A stretch of DNA of 64,000 nucleotides from an uncultured delta proteobacterium (GTDB taxonomy: Bacteria > Desulfobacterota > Binatia > Binatales > Binataceae): contig CAVXGH010000013.1 of the NCBI GenBank assembly GCA_963761255.1, positions 37,184 through 101,183 of the forward strand, read 5' to 3'. A program made the translations under genes and the position numbers. The notes below the pieces were generated by a model. That model was given only the letters and a program-made list of their open reading frames with translations. It was not told the DNA's origin and ran no database searches. Positions 18,850-28,458 of the stretch are shown one piece after another (the stretch's first letter is position 1; every line of letters starts with the position of its first letter).

Positions 18850-19191
18850 GTGGCCAAAAAGTTGTATGTAGGCAATCTTGCCTACTCAGTCACCAATGAG
18901 GATCTGAAAGACCTCTTCTCACAGTCCGGCACCGTCGAGAGCGTCGCGGTTGTCTCCGACAAGTTCTCCGGCCAGTCCAAGGGCTTCGGCTTCGTCGAAA
19001 TGGCGGATGCCGGCGAAGCAGCCGCGGCGATTCAGTCGCTCGACGGCACCGAGTTCAAGGGCCGCAACATCAAGGTGAACGAAGCCAAGCCGCGTGAAGC
19101 GGGCGGTGGCGGCGGGCCCCGTGGTGGTGGCGGCGGACGCGGTGGAGATCGCGACCGCAGTGGCGGCGGCGGACGTGGAAACCGCTGGTAA
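18850..19191 (+). CDS. RRM-domain RNA-binding protein with Gly/Arg-rich tail
   Basis: RNP2 LYVGNL, RNP1 KGFGFVEM; strong TAAGGAGG RBS. Confidence 0.95.
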   Translation: MAKKLYVGNLAYSVTNEDLKDLFSQSGTVESVAVVSDKFSGQSKGFGFVEMADAGEAAAAIQSLDGTEFKGRNIKVNEAKPREAGGGGGPRGGGGGRGGDRDRSGGGGRGNRW

Positions 19192-19207
19192 CCGACAGCG
19201 CTAAATA

Positions 19208-19231
19208 AGGACGAGCCGTACGGTTCGTTCT
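19208..19231 (+). terminator. possible terminator hairpin
   Basis: AGGACGAGCCG-TA-CGGTTCGTTCT (with G-U pairs) after the RRM gene; weak U-tract. Confidence 0.4.
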
Positions 19232-19321
19232 GAACCTTCGCGGCGGGAAGTGGACTTCGGTCTCTTCCCGCCGTCGATTTTCGGGACAAATTTTCAGGGA
19301 CCTGGAAAGGGGCGAAGCGAC

Positions 19322-19621
19322 ATGCCATCGACGCGGGACCGGACGCCTTGGGAGAGTCACGACTGGAAGGTTAAGACCCTGGAATCCGTCAGCGCCGGCG
19401 GCGGCTCCCGGCTCGCCTTCACTTGTCGCGGATGCGAGCGGAAGTTCATCTACACCACCGGGAACAATCGCGCATGGGCAACCAGTGGCGATGGCACCGC
19501 GCTCTCCGACGAGGTCAGCTCGCGATGGCTGGCGCAGAGTTGCCCGGGCCGTCCCGGTGAACTCGACGATCAGGATCGGCAGGCGTTGAAGTATCCAGCC
19601 AAGTCCGAAGCGCCGAAGTAG
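19322..19621 (+). CDS. hypothetical protein (H/CxxC/C, possible Zn-binding)
   Basis: SHDW...CRGC...WLAQSCPG; start at ATG 19322. Confidence 0.55.
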   Translation: MPSTRDRTPWESHDWKVKTLESVSAGGGSRLAFTCRGCERKFIYTTGNNRAWATSGDGTALSDEVSSRWLAQSCPGRPGELDDQDRQALKYPAKSEAPK

Positions 19622-19628
19622 CTCACCC

Positions 19629-20435
19629 TCAACCGCCGGTGGCGAAGCCCGGATAGAGCATCATCCCGCCGTCAACATACAGCGTCGTGCCCTGCACGTA
19701 ATCGGAATCATCGGACGCGAGCCACACCGCGGCGCGCCCGATATCGTCAGGCTGCCCGATGCGACCATCGGGAATCAGGCTTAGGAGATCCTTCATCCCT
19801 TGGGGCGTTCCCCATGCTTTTTGATTGATGGGCGTTTGAATCGCGCCGGGCGCGATCGCATTGACGCGGATCTTATGTGGTGCGAGCTCCTGCGCGATGG
19901 TTTTCATCAGCATGTTGATGGCGCCCTTGCTGGAAGCGTAGTTCGCATGCCCTGCCCATGCGATCTCCTGATGCACCGAGCTCATGCAGATTATTTTCCC
20001 GGCGGCCCGCGAGATTCCGGGATTGACGCCGCGCCGGATGAATTCGCGCGCCGCTTCTCGCGCGCATAAAAATTGCCCGGTCAGGTTGATGCCGATTACG
20101 TGATTCCATTTCTCCAAGGACATTTCGACGAATGGCGAATCGTCCTGGATACCGGCATTCGCGCACAAAATGTCGATGGTGCCGAAGGCGTTGAACATCG
20201 CGCTATACATCGCCTTCACTTCGTTCTCATTGGAAACATCGGCCTCGATTGCGATCGCATCGCCGCCGTCGCGTTTAATGTCGCTGACGATTTTCTCCGC
20301 CGCTTCCGGATGCGTGACGTAGTTGATCGCGACGCGTGCGCCGGCCGCGGCAAAGCATCGTGCGACGCCTTCGCCAATTCCCGAGTTGGCGCCGGTCACC
20401 AGCGCGGCCTGACCTTCCAGAGGATTGCTTCGCAT
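19629..20435 (-). CDS. glucose 1-dehydrogenase-like SDR
   Basis: TGANSGIG, SSVHQEIAW, YASSK and LYVDGGM.LYP motifs; downstream of GH15. Confidence 0.88.
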   Translation of the reverse strand: MRSNPLEGQAALVTGANSGIGEGVARCFAAAGARVAINYVTHPEAAEKIVSDIKRDGGDAIAIEADVSNENEVKAMYSAMFNAFGTIDILCANAGIQDDSPFVEMSLEKWNHVIGINLTGQFLCAREAAREFIRRGVNPGISRAAGKIICMSSVHQEIAWAGHANYASSKGAINMLMKTIAQELAPHKIRVNAIAPGAIQTPINQKAWGTPQGMKDLLSLIPDGRIGQPDDIGRAAVWLASDDSDYVQGTTLYVDGGMMLYPGFATGG

Positions 20436-20471
20436 TTGGAAATTCTCCGCCGGCAAAAACCGGCAGTAAAA

Positions 20472-22265
20472 TCAATTCGCGCGAGACTTCGCGGGTCCTT
20501 TCGAGAGCGAGAGATTATGCGCGGTGTTGATCATCGATACATGCGAAAAGGCCTGGGGGAAATTTCCCACCTGCCGCTTGCCGATAGTGTCGTATTCTTC
20601 CGCAAGCAAACCCACATCATTGCGTAGCGACAGCAATCGCTCGAAGATCGCGCGCGCCTCTTCGTGGCGGCCCATCAAAGTGAGGTTATCCGCATACCAG
20701 AAGGTGCACGCGAGAAAAGTTCCCTCGCCCGGCGGAAGACCGTCGACGTTGGAATGGGTCTGATAGCGCTTGACCAGGCCGTCGCTGAGGAGCTCGCGCT
20801 CGATTGCCGCAACCGTGCTGATAACCCGTGGATCCGTGGCGGGAAGAAACCCGATCAGCGGCATCATCAGCAATGAACCGTCAAGGAGTTCCGATCCGTA
20901 ATCCTGCACGAAGGCGTTGCGCCGCGAATTGAAACCGCGCGCGAGAACGTCGGCGCGGATCTCGTCGCGCAGCTTCTTCCAGCGGTCGGCGGGACCGCGG
21001 TTGCCGAATTTCTCGATCAACTTCACCGCGCGATCGGCCGCCACCCACGCCATCATCTTGGAATGGGTGAATTGGCGCCGTGGACCGCGCACTTCCCAGA
21101 TGCCCTCATCGGGCTCCTTCCACGCGCCCTCGAGAAATTCCATCAGCGCGTTCTCGACCGCGTCCGCTTCCGGCTCGGGTTCGAGCTTCTCTTTTCGCGC
21201 GGTATAAAAGGAATCCATCACCTCGCCGTAAACATCGAGCTGAAATTGTTCATGCGCGGCGTTGCCGATTCTGACTGGACTGCTGTCCGCATAGCCGGGC
21301 AGCCATGGCACTTCGAATTCGGTAAGACGGCGCTCGCCACGCAGCCCATACATGATTTGCATCTTGGCCGGCTCGCCGGCGATCGCGCGCAGCAGCCATT
21401 GACGCCACGCCTTGGCTTCCTCGTGATAACCGGCAATCGAGAGCGCATAGAGCGTGAAGGTCGAATCGCGCAGCCAGCAGATTCGATAATCCCAGTTGCG
21501 CTCACCGCCGATTTTCTCCGGAAGCGAGGTGGTCGCCGCCGCGACGATACCGCCGGTGGGGCCGTAGGTCAGCGCCTTCAAGGTGATGAGTGACCGCATG
21601 ATCGGTTCGCGCCACGGCTCTTCCACCGTGCAGCGCCCCGACCACTCGTGCCACCATGCCTCAGTTTCTTTCAGCATCTGATGCGGATGTTTCTCGCCCG
21701 GCTCCGGCTCGTGCGATGGGTAGTACGTCAGCGTGAACGGGATGCGCTGGCCCTCGGCGACGGTGAAGTCAGCCTTGGTGGTGAAATCCTCGCCTCGCAT
21801 CGGGACCGAAGTGCGCAGCTTGATGGCATCGGGGCCGGCGATCGCGCGCAATCCTTCATGCTTCGCGGTAACCCACGGCATCACGTGTCCGTAGTCGAAG
21901 CGGAAGACCGCTTCCATATGCATCGGAACGCGACCTTTGCGACCCTCGACAATCCGCACCACATCAACCTGGCCCATCCGCTCGCGAATCGGCATGAAAT
22001 CGATGAGCGCGACCACGCCATCGGAGGTTTCGAACTCGGTCTCAAGGATCAGGGTGTCGCCACGATATCGCCGGCGTGCGGTTTTGATTTCGCTCTTCGG
22101 AGCGATCAGCCACCTGCCGTGATCCCTGGTGCCGAGCAACGCCGCGAAGCAGGCCGGCGAATCAAAGCGCGGTACGCACAGCCAATCGATCGATCCGTTA
22201 TTTCCGACCAGCGCGACCGTGCAGGTGTTTCCGATGATGGCGTAGTCTTCGATCCTCAAGCTCAT
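20472..22265 (-). CDS. glycoside hydrolase family 15 (glucoamylase/trehalase-like)
   Basis: RNWDYRICWLRD, QLDVYGE, GIWEVRG, LLAEEYD and GNFPQAFSH motifs. Confidence 0.95.
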   Translation of the reverse strand: MSLRIEDYAIIGNTCTVALVGNNGSIDWLCVPRFDSPACFAALLGTRDHGRWLIAPKSEIKTARRRYRGDTLILETEFETSDGVVALIDFMPIRERMGQVDVVRIVEGRKGRVPMHMEAVFRFDYGHVMPWVTAKHEGLRAIAGPDAIKLRTSVPMRGEDFTTKADFTVAEGQRIPFTLTYYPSHEPEPGEKHPHQMLKETEAWWHEWSGRCTVEEPWREPIMRSLITLKALTYGPTGGIVAAATTSLPEKIGGERNWDYRICWLRDSTFTLYALSIAGYHEEAKAWRQWLLRAIAGEPAKMQIMYGLRGERRLTEFEVPWLPGYADSSPVRIGNAAHEQFQLDVYGEVMDSFYTARKEKLEPEPEADAVENALMEFLEGAWKEPDEGIWEVRGPRRQFTHSKMMAWVAADRAVKLIEKFGNRGPADRWKKLRDEIRADVLARGFNSRRNAFVQDYGSELLDGSLLMMPLIGFLPATDPRVISTVAAIERELLSDGLVKRYQTHSNVDGLPPGEGTFLACTFWYADNLTLMGRHEEARAIFERLLSLRNDVGLLAEEYDTIGKRQVGNFPQAFSHVSMINTAHNLSLSKGPAKSRAN

Positions 22266-22414
22266 GAAGGCGCTCCTGGTGGCCTAGCGGGAGACCCAAT
22301 TTTATCTGGCGAATGCGGCCAGCGTAATTGCCAGAATTCCGACGCCTCCGGCGGTTGTGCAAGTTTCGCGACAATGAGGTATCAGTTGGCGAGAATCTTC
22401 CTCGGAGCGATGCC

Positions 22415-23437
22415 ATGCGCAAAATAAAAGTTGGTTACCAGCTGGACTTCCGCAATCCTCCCAACTCGGGACGAAGTTTTCAGGAAGTCTATGCCGAAAT
22501 GCTCGCCCAGGCTGAGGTGGCCGACGCGGCAGGCTTCGATTCAATCTGGCTCACCGAGCATCACTTTACCGATGATGGCTATCTTCCCGCGATGATGCCC
22601 GCCGCCGCGGCGATTGCCGCGCGCACCAAACGCGTCGAGATCGGTACCTTCGTGCTGCTCGCGCCGTTTCAGCATCCACTGAAACTCGCCGAGGATGTCG
22701 CGGTCGTCGATGTGATCTCCGGCGGGCGCATCCGGCTCGGTATCGGGCAAGGCTATCGTCAGGGGGAGTTCGACGGATTCGGCGTGCCGCGTGAGCAGCG
22801 CCTCGGACGCACGCTCGAAACGCTGGAAATCCTGAAGCTCGCGTGGAAGGGCGAGCGCTTCGATTTCCACGGCAAATATTTCCATTTTCATGATGTGCGC
22901 GTGCTGCCCGCGCCGGTCAGCCAGCCCTTTCCCGAACTGCTATGGGGTGTCGGCGCGCCCAAAGCCATCCAGCGCGCGGCGCGTCTCGATATGTCGTTCG
23001 CGTGCGTGGGCGGGCGCAAGGAGATCGGCATCTATACCGACGCGCTCAAGGCCGCAGGCAAGGATCCCGCGCGCTACAGCATCGTTAACAGCCGCGCTTT
23101 GTACATCGCCGATTCGGAAGAGCAGGCGTGGGCCGACACGCGCGACGCCTTGATGTATCAGGCGGAGCTGTACGGCAAATGGCTCAAGACCGCGCAGTCG
23201 CAGGATGGTGGAAGGGGCGAAGTGCTGATTCGCCCCGATGCCGAACGGCTGCGCCGCACCACGGTGCTGGGCTCGCCCGCCCAAGTCAGAAAGCGGCTCC
23301 AGGAGATCGTCGAATCGGCGCCCATCACCGAGTTGGTAATCGCGATGCAGCTTCCCGGCCTCGATCCGAAAAAGGCGCGCCGCTCGCTGGAGCGCTTCAG
23401 CGCCGAGGTCCTGCCGGCGCTCCACGGTGCAGCGTAA
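22415..23437 (+). CDS. LLM-class flavin-dependent oxidoreductase
   Basis: GFDSIWLTEHHF and HPLKLAEDVAVVDVISGGR; start at ATG 22415. Confidence 0.9.
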   Translation: MRKIKVGYQLDFRNPPNSGRSFQEVYAEMLAQAEVADAAGFDSIWLTEHHFTDDGYLPAMMPAAAAIAARTKRVEIGTFVLLAPFQHPLKLAEDVAVVDVISGGRIRLGIGQGYRQGEFDGFGVPREQRLGRTLETLEILKLAWKGERFDFHGKYFHFHDVRVLPAPVSQPFPELLWGVGAPKAIQRAARLDMSFACVGGRKEIGIYTDALKAAGKDPARYSIVNSRALYIADSEEQAWADTRDALMYQAELYGKWLKTAQSQDGGRGEVLIRPDAERLRRTTVLGSPAQVRKRLQEIVESAPITELVIAMQLPGLDPKKARRSLERFSAEVLPALHGAA

Positions 23438-23501
23438 GCCAGATCCTTTGCGATGGGGTTCGACAAGTGACAATTACCACTATACAATCGACCAAACGGA
23501 T

Positions 23502-23781
23502 GTGATTCGACAGTTTAGACACCGAGGCCTGCGACGACTTTATAAGGACGATGATCGAAGGGGTTTGCGCTCGGAGCAAATCGATAAAATCGCCCGCGTT
23601 GCTGGCGTTTCTAAATCGGGCGCGACGTCCTCAGCATATGAGCCTGCCCGGGTTCAAGCTGCATCCGCTCAAGGGGAACCTCGCTGGATATTGGAGCGTG
23701 ACCATCAGCGCTAACTGGCGGATTATTTTTCGTTTTGAAGAAGGCGACGCGACCGACATCGATCTTATTGACTACCACTGA
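23502..23781 (+). pseudogene. higB: HigB (RelE/ParE-family) toxin with +1 frameshift near 23600
   Basis: MIRQFRHRGLRRLYKDDDRRGL...KIARV in one frame continues as LAFLNRA...LHPLKGNLAGYWSVTISANWRIIFRF...DYH in another. Span is 280 nt (3n+1). Confidence 0.85.
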
Positions 23782-23798
23782 GGGAAACTCCGAGAACG

Positions 23799-24110
23799 AT
23801 GAAAATGAAGAATCCCCCGCATCCGGGCCTTGCCGTCAGGCGTGATTGCCTGGAGCCGCTTGGCTTGAGCGTCACCGCCGCAGCCAGAGCACTGGGCGTT
23901 ACTCGTCAGGCGCTCAACAACCTTGTTAACGGAAAAAGCGGGGTTTCACCCGAAATGGCGGTGCGACTCGCCCAGGCTTTCGGCAGTAGCGCGGAGACCT
24001 GGCTCGGAATCCAACTTGACTACGACCTCGCACAGGTTCGGCGTCGAGAGCGCGGGCTCGCGGTACGCAAGGTGACCAGGATGCCCAGTCGGAAGCGGGC
24101 AACTGCCTGA
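23799..24110 (+). CDS. higA: HigA antitoxin (HTH)
   Basis: NPPHPG, LSVTAAARALGVTRQALNNLVNG and WLGIQ..YD. Confidence 0.93.
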   Translation: MKMKNPPHPGLAVRRDCLEPLGLSVTAAARALGVTRQALNNLVNGKSGVSPEMAVRLAQAFGSSAETWLGIQLDYDLAQVRRRERGLAVRKVTRMPSRKRATA

Positions 24111-24149
24111 ACACTTTCCCTTTTAGCGCGCCTGGAGTACACGAAACAT

Positions 24150-24995
24150 ATGGCAGTCGCATACATTCCGCGGACACGCGAGCTCTATAGCGATTTCAAA
24201 CCCTATCAATGGGTCGTGAACGAGACCGTGCCCTGGACGCCGCTGAGCAAGCCCATCGCGCAGTCGAAAATCGCGCTGATGAGTTCCGGCGGCATCATGT
24301 ATCGCGACCAGACGCGTTTTCATCGCGAGGATGCGTCTTATCGGCGGATTCCGAAAAATGCGGCGCGCGAAGATCTCTTCATCTGGCATTTCGGTTACCC
24401 AACCGCCGATGCCGAGAAGGATCCCAATTGCGTGTTTCCGCTTGAGCGGATGCGCGAACTCGAGGCCGACCGCGTCATCGGTGAGCTCTCGGATCCGGCC
24501 TTCAGCTTCATGGGCGGGATCTATTCGGCGCGCAAAGTCCGCGATGAACTCGCGCCGAAAATCGTCGAGGAGCTCAGGCGGGCTCACGTCGATACGTTCT
24601 ACCTGGTGCCTGCCTGACCCGTTTGCCATCAGTCCGTTGGACTGATTGCGCGAGTGGTCGAGGAGGCGGGAATCCCTACGCTCTGTATGACCTCGGCGCT
24701 GGACATCACGCAATCGGTGAAGGCGCCGCGCGCGGTGTTCGTGAATTTTCCCCTCGGCCATCAGACCGGACGCCCTAACGATCCGGCCATCCAGCGCAAA
24801 ATTGTTCGCGATGCGATGCGCGCCTTCGAAAGCATCAGCAAGCCCGGCGAAATCGTTCAACTTCCGTACGTATGGGATCCGAATGACCGCGGCTGGGAGA
24901 CGCGCGACTATACCAAAGGATGGATGCCGGAGCGCCCGAACCGCGAAGCGGCAGACCTGGCCGAAGCCCTGCGCGTGGCGAAATACACGACCTAA
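24150..24995 (+). CDS. selenoprotein of the D-proline reductase PrdB / glycine reductase GrdB family (Sec at TGA 24615-24617)
   Basis: ORFs 24150..24617 and 24654..24995 share a frame. Read-through gives YLVPA-U-PVCHQSVGLIARVVEEAGIPT (UxxC, then the EEAGIPT and FPLGH motifs). N-terminal half has PrdB-like KIALMSSGG and DPNCVFPL. Confidence 0.85.
24618..24650 (+). promoter_or_regulatory. candidate bacterial SECIS element
   Basis: Perfect 8-bp stem ATCAGTCC-GTT-GGACTGAT (24628-24646); the G-starting loop lies 18 nt after the UGA. Confidence 0.72.
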
Positions 24996-25095
24996 GGCAT
25001 CGCGCGGTCGGTTGTTTACCCAGCGACCTCCAAGCCGCTAAAGTCAGCTCTTCGAGAGCGCGTTTTCATTTCAACTTCACACAGGAGATTTATCC

Positions 25096-25620
25096 ATGGC
25101 GGAAGAACGTAAAGGCGCCGTTACGATGCGCGGTAACCCGTTGACGCTGGTTGGAGCGGAAGTCAAAGCCGGCCAAAAAGCACCCGAGTTTCATTCGGTG
25201 GACAAAGCGATGCAGCCCATCGGGCTCGACAAGTTCAAGGGCAAAGTAAAGGTCATCAGCGTGATCCCTTCGATCGATACGCCGGTGTGCGATGCGCAGA
25301 CGCGGCGCTTCAACGAGGAGGCCGCGAAGCTTGGTGACGTACAGATTCTAACGGTCTCGATGGATCTACCGTTCGCGCAGGCCCGCTGGTGCGGCGCGGC
25401 GGGGGTCAACAAGATCACGATGGTCAGTGACTTCAAGGACCCCCATGACTTCGGGAACAAGTACGGCGTGCTCATTAAGGAGCTTGGCCTGCTCGCGCGT
25501 GCGGTGTTCGTCGTCGACAAGAACGACAACGTCACCCATGCGGAGTACGTGAAGGAAGTCGCGAGTCATCCTGACTATGAGGCGACCCTGGCGGCGGCGA
25601 AAAAAGCGGCCGCAGCCTGA
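25096..25620 (+). CDS. tpx: thiol peroxidase (atypical 2-Cys peroxiredoxin)
   Basis: PSIDTPVCDAQTRRFN, SMDLPFAQARWCG and LLARAVFVVD motifs. Confidence 0.95.
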   Translation: MAEERKGAVTMRGNPLTLVGAEVKAGQKAPEFHSVDKAMQPIGLDKFKGKVKVISVIPSIDTPVCDAQTRRFNEEAAKLGDVQILTVSMDLPFAQARWCGAAGVNKITMVSDFKDPHDFGNKYGVLIKELGLLARAVFVVDKNDNVTHAEYVKEVASHPDYEATLAAAKKAAAA

Positions 25621-25633
25621 ACAGAGCTATGGC

Positions 25634-25665
25634 AAGGGGTCGGCGTCGCGCCGGCCCCTTTTTTT
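25634..25665 (+). terminator. rho-independent terminator
   Basis: AAGGGGTCGGCG-TCG-CGCCGGCCCCTT followed by a T-run. Confidence 0.8.
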
Positions 25666-25686
25666 CATCTCGCGCTACCAGGTCTG

Positions 25687-26292
25687 CTAATTCGCTTGTA
25701 GGATCATCTCTTCCACATCACGCAGGCGATCCTTACCAAAGAAGATCTCGTTGCCAACATAAAAGGTTGGTGAGCCGAAGGTTCCGCGCTCCACAGAACG
25801 ATTGGTATTCTCCAACAACCGATTCTTTACCTCGTCGGTTTGAATCAAGGTGAAGAATCGTTCGGGGTCGAAGCCCGCCTCGATGAGCGCCGCCCGATAG
25901 ACCTCGGGATCATCCATCTTCTTCGGCTCGGCCCACATGTGTCGATACATCTCGTCAACGTAATGCTCGAACACACCTAGCGGCCCCGCGGCTATAGCAC
26001 CTCGCATCATCATCAGCGTATTGACGGGAAAGAAGGGATTGCTCTTGAAGCGCGTGATCCCGTGGCGTTTTATGAAACGGTTCATCTCGATCCGCTCATA
26101 CTCAGGTTTGTTTTTGATTCCGGCCAGACTCTGTGCGGGCGAGCGGTTGTTGGTCAGCTTGAAGACGCCACCCAGCAGAACCGGCACGTACTCGAACTCG
26201 ACGCCGGTCCGTTTCTCAATCTCGGGGATCACAAGATGACTTAGGTATGCGTTGGGGCTGCCGAAGTCGAAATGGAATTCCACCTTAACCAT
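25687..26292 (-). CDS. 2-hydroxychromene-2-carboxylate isomerase / kappa-GST (DsbA-like)
   Basis: FHFDFGSPNAYL, GTFGSPTF and FFGKDRL. Confidence 0.9.
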   Translation of the reverse strand: MVKVEFHFDFGSPNAYLSHLVIPEIEKRTGVEFEYVPVLLGGVFKLTNNRSPAQSLAGIKNKPEYERIEMNRFIKRHGITRFKSNPFFPVNTLMMMRGAIAAGPLGVFEHYVDEMYRHMWAEPKKMDDPEVYRAALIEAGFDPERFFTLIQTDEVKNRLLENTNRSVERGTFGSPTFYVGNEIFFGKDRLRDVEEMILQAN

Positions 26293-26296
26293 AGGA

Positions 26297-27040
26297 TCAC
26301 CACTTTTCTCCGAAAGGACGAATTTCTTGTTCAAAGGTCCACGCGTCGCGAGGTTGCAGATAGAGCTGCCAGTAAGCCTCCGCCACTGAATCAGGCTTCA
26401 TCAGGCGGCCGGGTTCAAGGGTTTCCAGCGCAGCCGCTCCCTCATGTTCCTTGATGCGATCGCGGACCCATGCGGTGTCAACTCCGGAGTCGATGACTAA
26501 ATGCGCGACGTGGATATTCTTCGGACCCAGCTCTCGAGCCGCGCTTTGCGCGACTGCGCGCAAGCCGAATTTAGCACTCGCGAATGCCGCATAACCGACG
26601 CCACCTCTCAGACTGGCAGTGGCGCCGGTGAAAAATATGCATCCTGCCTGACGTGGAGTCATAAGCCGCGCGGCTTCGCGGGCCGTGAGGAAGCCGCCAT
26701 AGCAGGCCATCTCCCATACTTTTCGAAAGACGCGCTCGGTGGTTTCGATGAGAGAATAATTGACATTTGCGCCGACGTTGAAGATACACACTTCGAGTGG
26801 CGCGTGACTCTCGGCTTCCTGCAGGAAGGCATTTATGGCTTCTTCCTTTCGGGCATCGAGGGATCGTCCAATAAGTTTTCCGCCCTGGGCCTTTACTGCC
26901 TCAATCAGCGGCGCCAGTTTGTCACCATTGCGGCGGCCTGCGAACACCATGAAGCCTTCGCTCGCGAACTTGCTCGCGATAGCTCCTCCGATATAATCCC
27001 CCGCCCCTATGACTGCCACAGTGGCATTTCTCGCCCGCAT
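26297..27040 (-). CDS. short-chain dehydrogenase (atypical SDR)
   Basis: GAGDYIG, FTGATASLRG, FASAK and HVAHLVID. Confidence 0.88.
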   Translation of the reverse strand: MRARNATVAVIGAGDYIGGAIASKFASEGFMVFAGRRNGDKLAPLIEAVKAQGGKLIGRSLDARKEEAINAFLQEAESHAPLEVCIFNVGANVNYSLIETTERVFRKVWEMACYGGFLTAREAARLMTPRQAGCIFFTGATASLRGGVGYAAFASAKFGLRAVAQSAARELGPKNIHVAHLVIDSGVDTAWVRDRIKEHEGAAALETLEPGRLMKPDSVAEAYWQLYLQPRDAWTFEQEIRPFGEKW

Positions 27041-27678
27041 TATCTGTTCTCCCGCCGGCTTGATTTTGGTGAGCGCTTGACTATGCGTCGTCGCCGGGAC
27101 GCAAGTTCGATCGCTCCGCGCGTCGAAGTCTTCAAAATAAGCTCCGAGAGATGTTCGTCACTCACCGCGCGTGCCATGATCAGGCCGCCGACCATGCAGG
27201 CGAAGGCTGCAATGGCATTCTCGCGTCGATGAGCCGGGTTCTCGCCAGCGATTTGGTCCGCCAGGTAATCGAGCGCTTTGACGGTTTCGCTGGTGAAGGC
27301 CTCGCGGACTGCATGCGGCTGCCGCGCGACATCCGGTCCGAGGGCGGCAACCACACACCCCTTGCCGGGCGCGTCGCGATGCTCGCGCGACAGATATCCC
27401 GCGGCAATTTCGGCGAACGCTTGTTTTCCACCTCTGCGCTGCGCCGCGCGCTCCCAGACGCGCTTCCCCCGGCCCGCCGCGAAGCGAATAGCCTCGATGG
27501 CAATCGCTTCTTTTGAACCGAACTGGCTGTATAGGCCGCCGTGCGTAAGGCCGGCATCTTTCGTGATCGCGTCCACTCCAGTCGCGCTGATTCCGCGTTC
27601 GCGAAACAGCCGCGCGGCCGCCCGCAGTATCTGTTGATGATTTTCTTCCGCCTGCTGTTTGGAAACTCGCACTCGCAT
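27040..27678 (-). CDS. TetR/AcrR family regulator
   Basis: AARLFRERG...AGLTHGGLYSQFGSKE and GCVVAAL. Confidence 0.9.
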   Translation of the reverse strand: MRVRVSKQQAEENHQQILRAAARLFRERGISATGVDAITKDAGLTHGGLYSQFGSKEAIAIEAIRFAAGRGKRVWERAAQRRGGKQAFAEIAAGYLSREHRDAPGKGCVVAALGPDVARQPHAVREAFTSETVKALDYLADQIAGENPAHRRENAIAAFACMVGGLIMARAVSDEHLSELILKTSTRGAIELASRRRRIVKRSPKSSRRENR

Positions 27679-27708
27679 GCCCCGTAAGCTGAATGCTCTT
27701 GACACGAT

Positions 27709-27756
27709 AGATTACGTTCGCCATGAATAGTACTAAAGATTACGAGCGCCATCAAT
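27709..27756. promoter_or_regulatory. tandem TetR operator pair in a divergent promoter
   Basis: AGATTACGTTCGCCATGAAT (27709) and AGATTACGAGCGCCATCAAT (27737): two 20-nt imperfect palindromes next to TTGACA (27699). Confidence 0.65.
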
Positions 27757-27792
27757 GCCCCAGAATGTTTAGCCGAAGGAGCCGAAGTGATC

Positions 27793-28437
27793 ATGAATCA
27801 TGATTTGACCCTTTGGGGCATCGGGACCAGCCGGACGATGCGGGCGCATTGGATGCTGTTGGAACTAGGCCTCGACTATGTTTTTTATCCTGTTCGCTCG
27901 CGAACTGGTGAAACTCTTACGGAGGAGTTCAAGCGTCTCAATCCACGGCATAAGATCCCGGTTCTTCAGCACGGCTCATTCGTGCTCACTGAGAGTGCCG
28001 CGATCCTTCAATACCTGAGTGAAACCTTTGGGAGACCTTCCGCGCTTTATTCTCCCGATAGCGTCCAGAGTCGCGCAACCATGAACGAGTGGTCTTTTTT
28101 CATTATATCGGAGCTAGACGCAGGGTCGCTTTATGTGGCACGTCGCCACGAGAGCCTGGCTGCCACCTATGGCGAAGCGCCGGCCGCGGTCGAAGCCGGC
28201 AAAGCCTACTTCCTTCACAACCTCGAGGCGATGGCTCCGAGGATCGCGGCCGACTCCCCATATTTGTTCGGTGACCGGCTAAGCGCAGCGGATATTTTGC
28301 TGATGACCTGCCTGGATTGGGCTCTGCTTGCCGGTGTTGGCCTGCCGAGAATCCTCGGCCCGTATCGGGACCGGATCGCGCAACGGCCCGCATACCAGGC
28401 CGCTACCAAGCGGAACTTCCCGGAACTCCTACGCTAA
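27793..28437 (+). CDS. glutathione S-transferase
   Basis: LNPRHKIPVL, LTESAAILQYL, GDRLSAADI and RPAY. Confidence 0.92.
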   Translation: MNHDLTLWGIGTSRTMRAHWMLLELGLDYVFYPVRSRTGETLTEEFKRLNPRHKIPVLQHGSFVLTESAAILQYLSETFGRPSALYSPDSVQSRATMNEWSFFIISELDAGSLYVARRHESLAATYGEAPAAVEAGKAYFLHNLEAMAPRIAADSPYLFGDRLSAADILLMTCLDWALLAGVGLPRILGPYRDRIAQRPAYQAATKRNFPELLR

Positions 28438-28458
28438 CGAGAATCGTGGAGAACTGTC

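Noticed and set aside
24150-24995. Two separate genes or a nonsense pseudogene
   Set aside because: The TGA falls exactly at the family's Sec position, the frame continues, and a SECIS-like stem follows.
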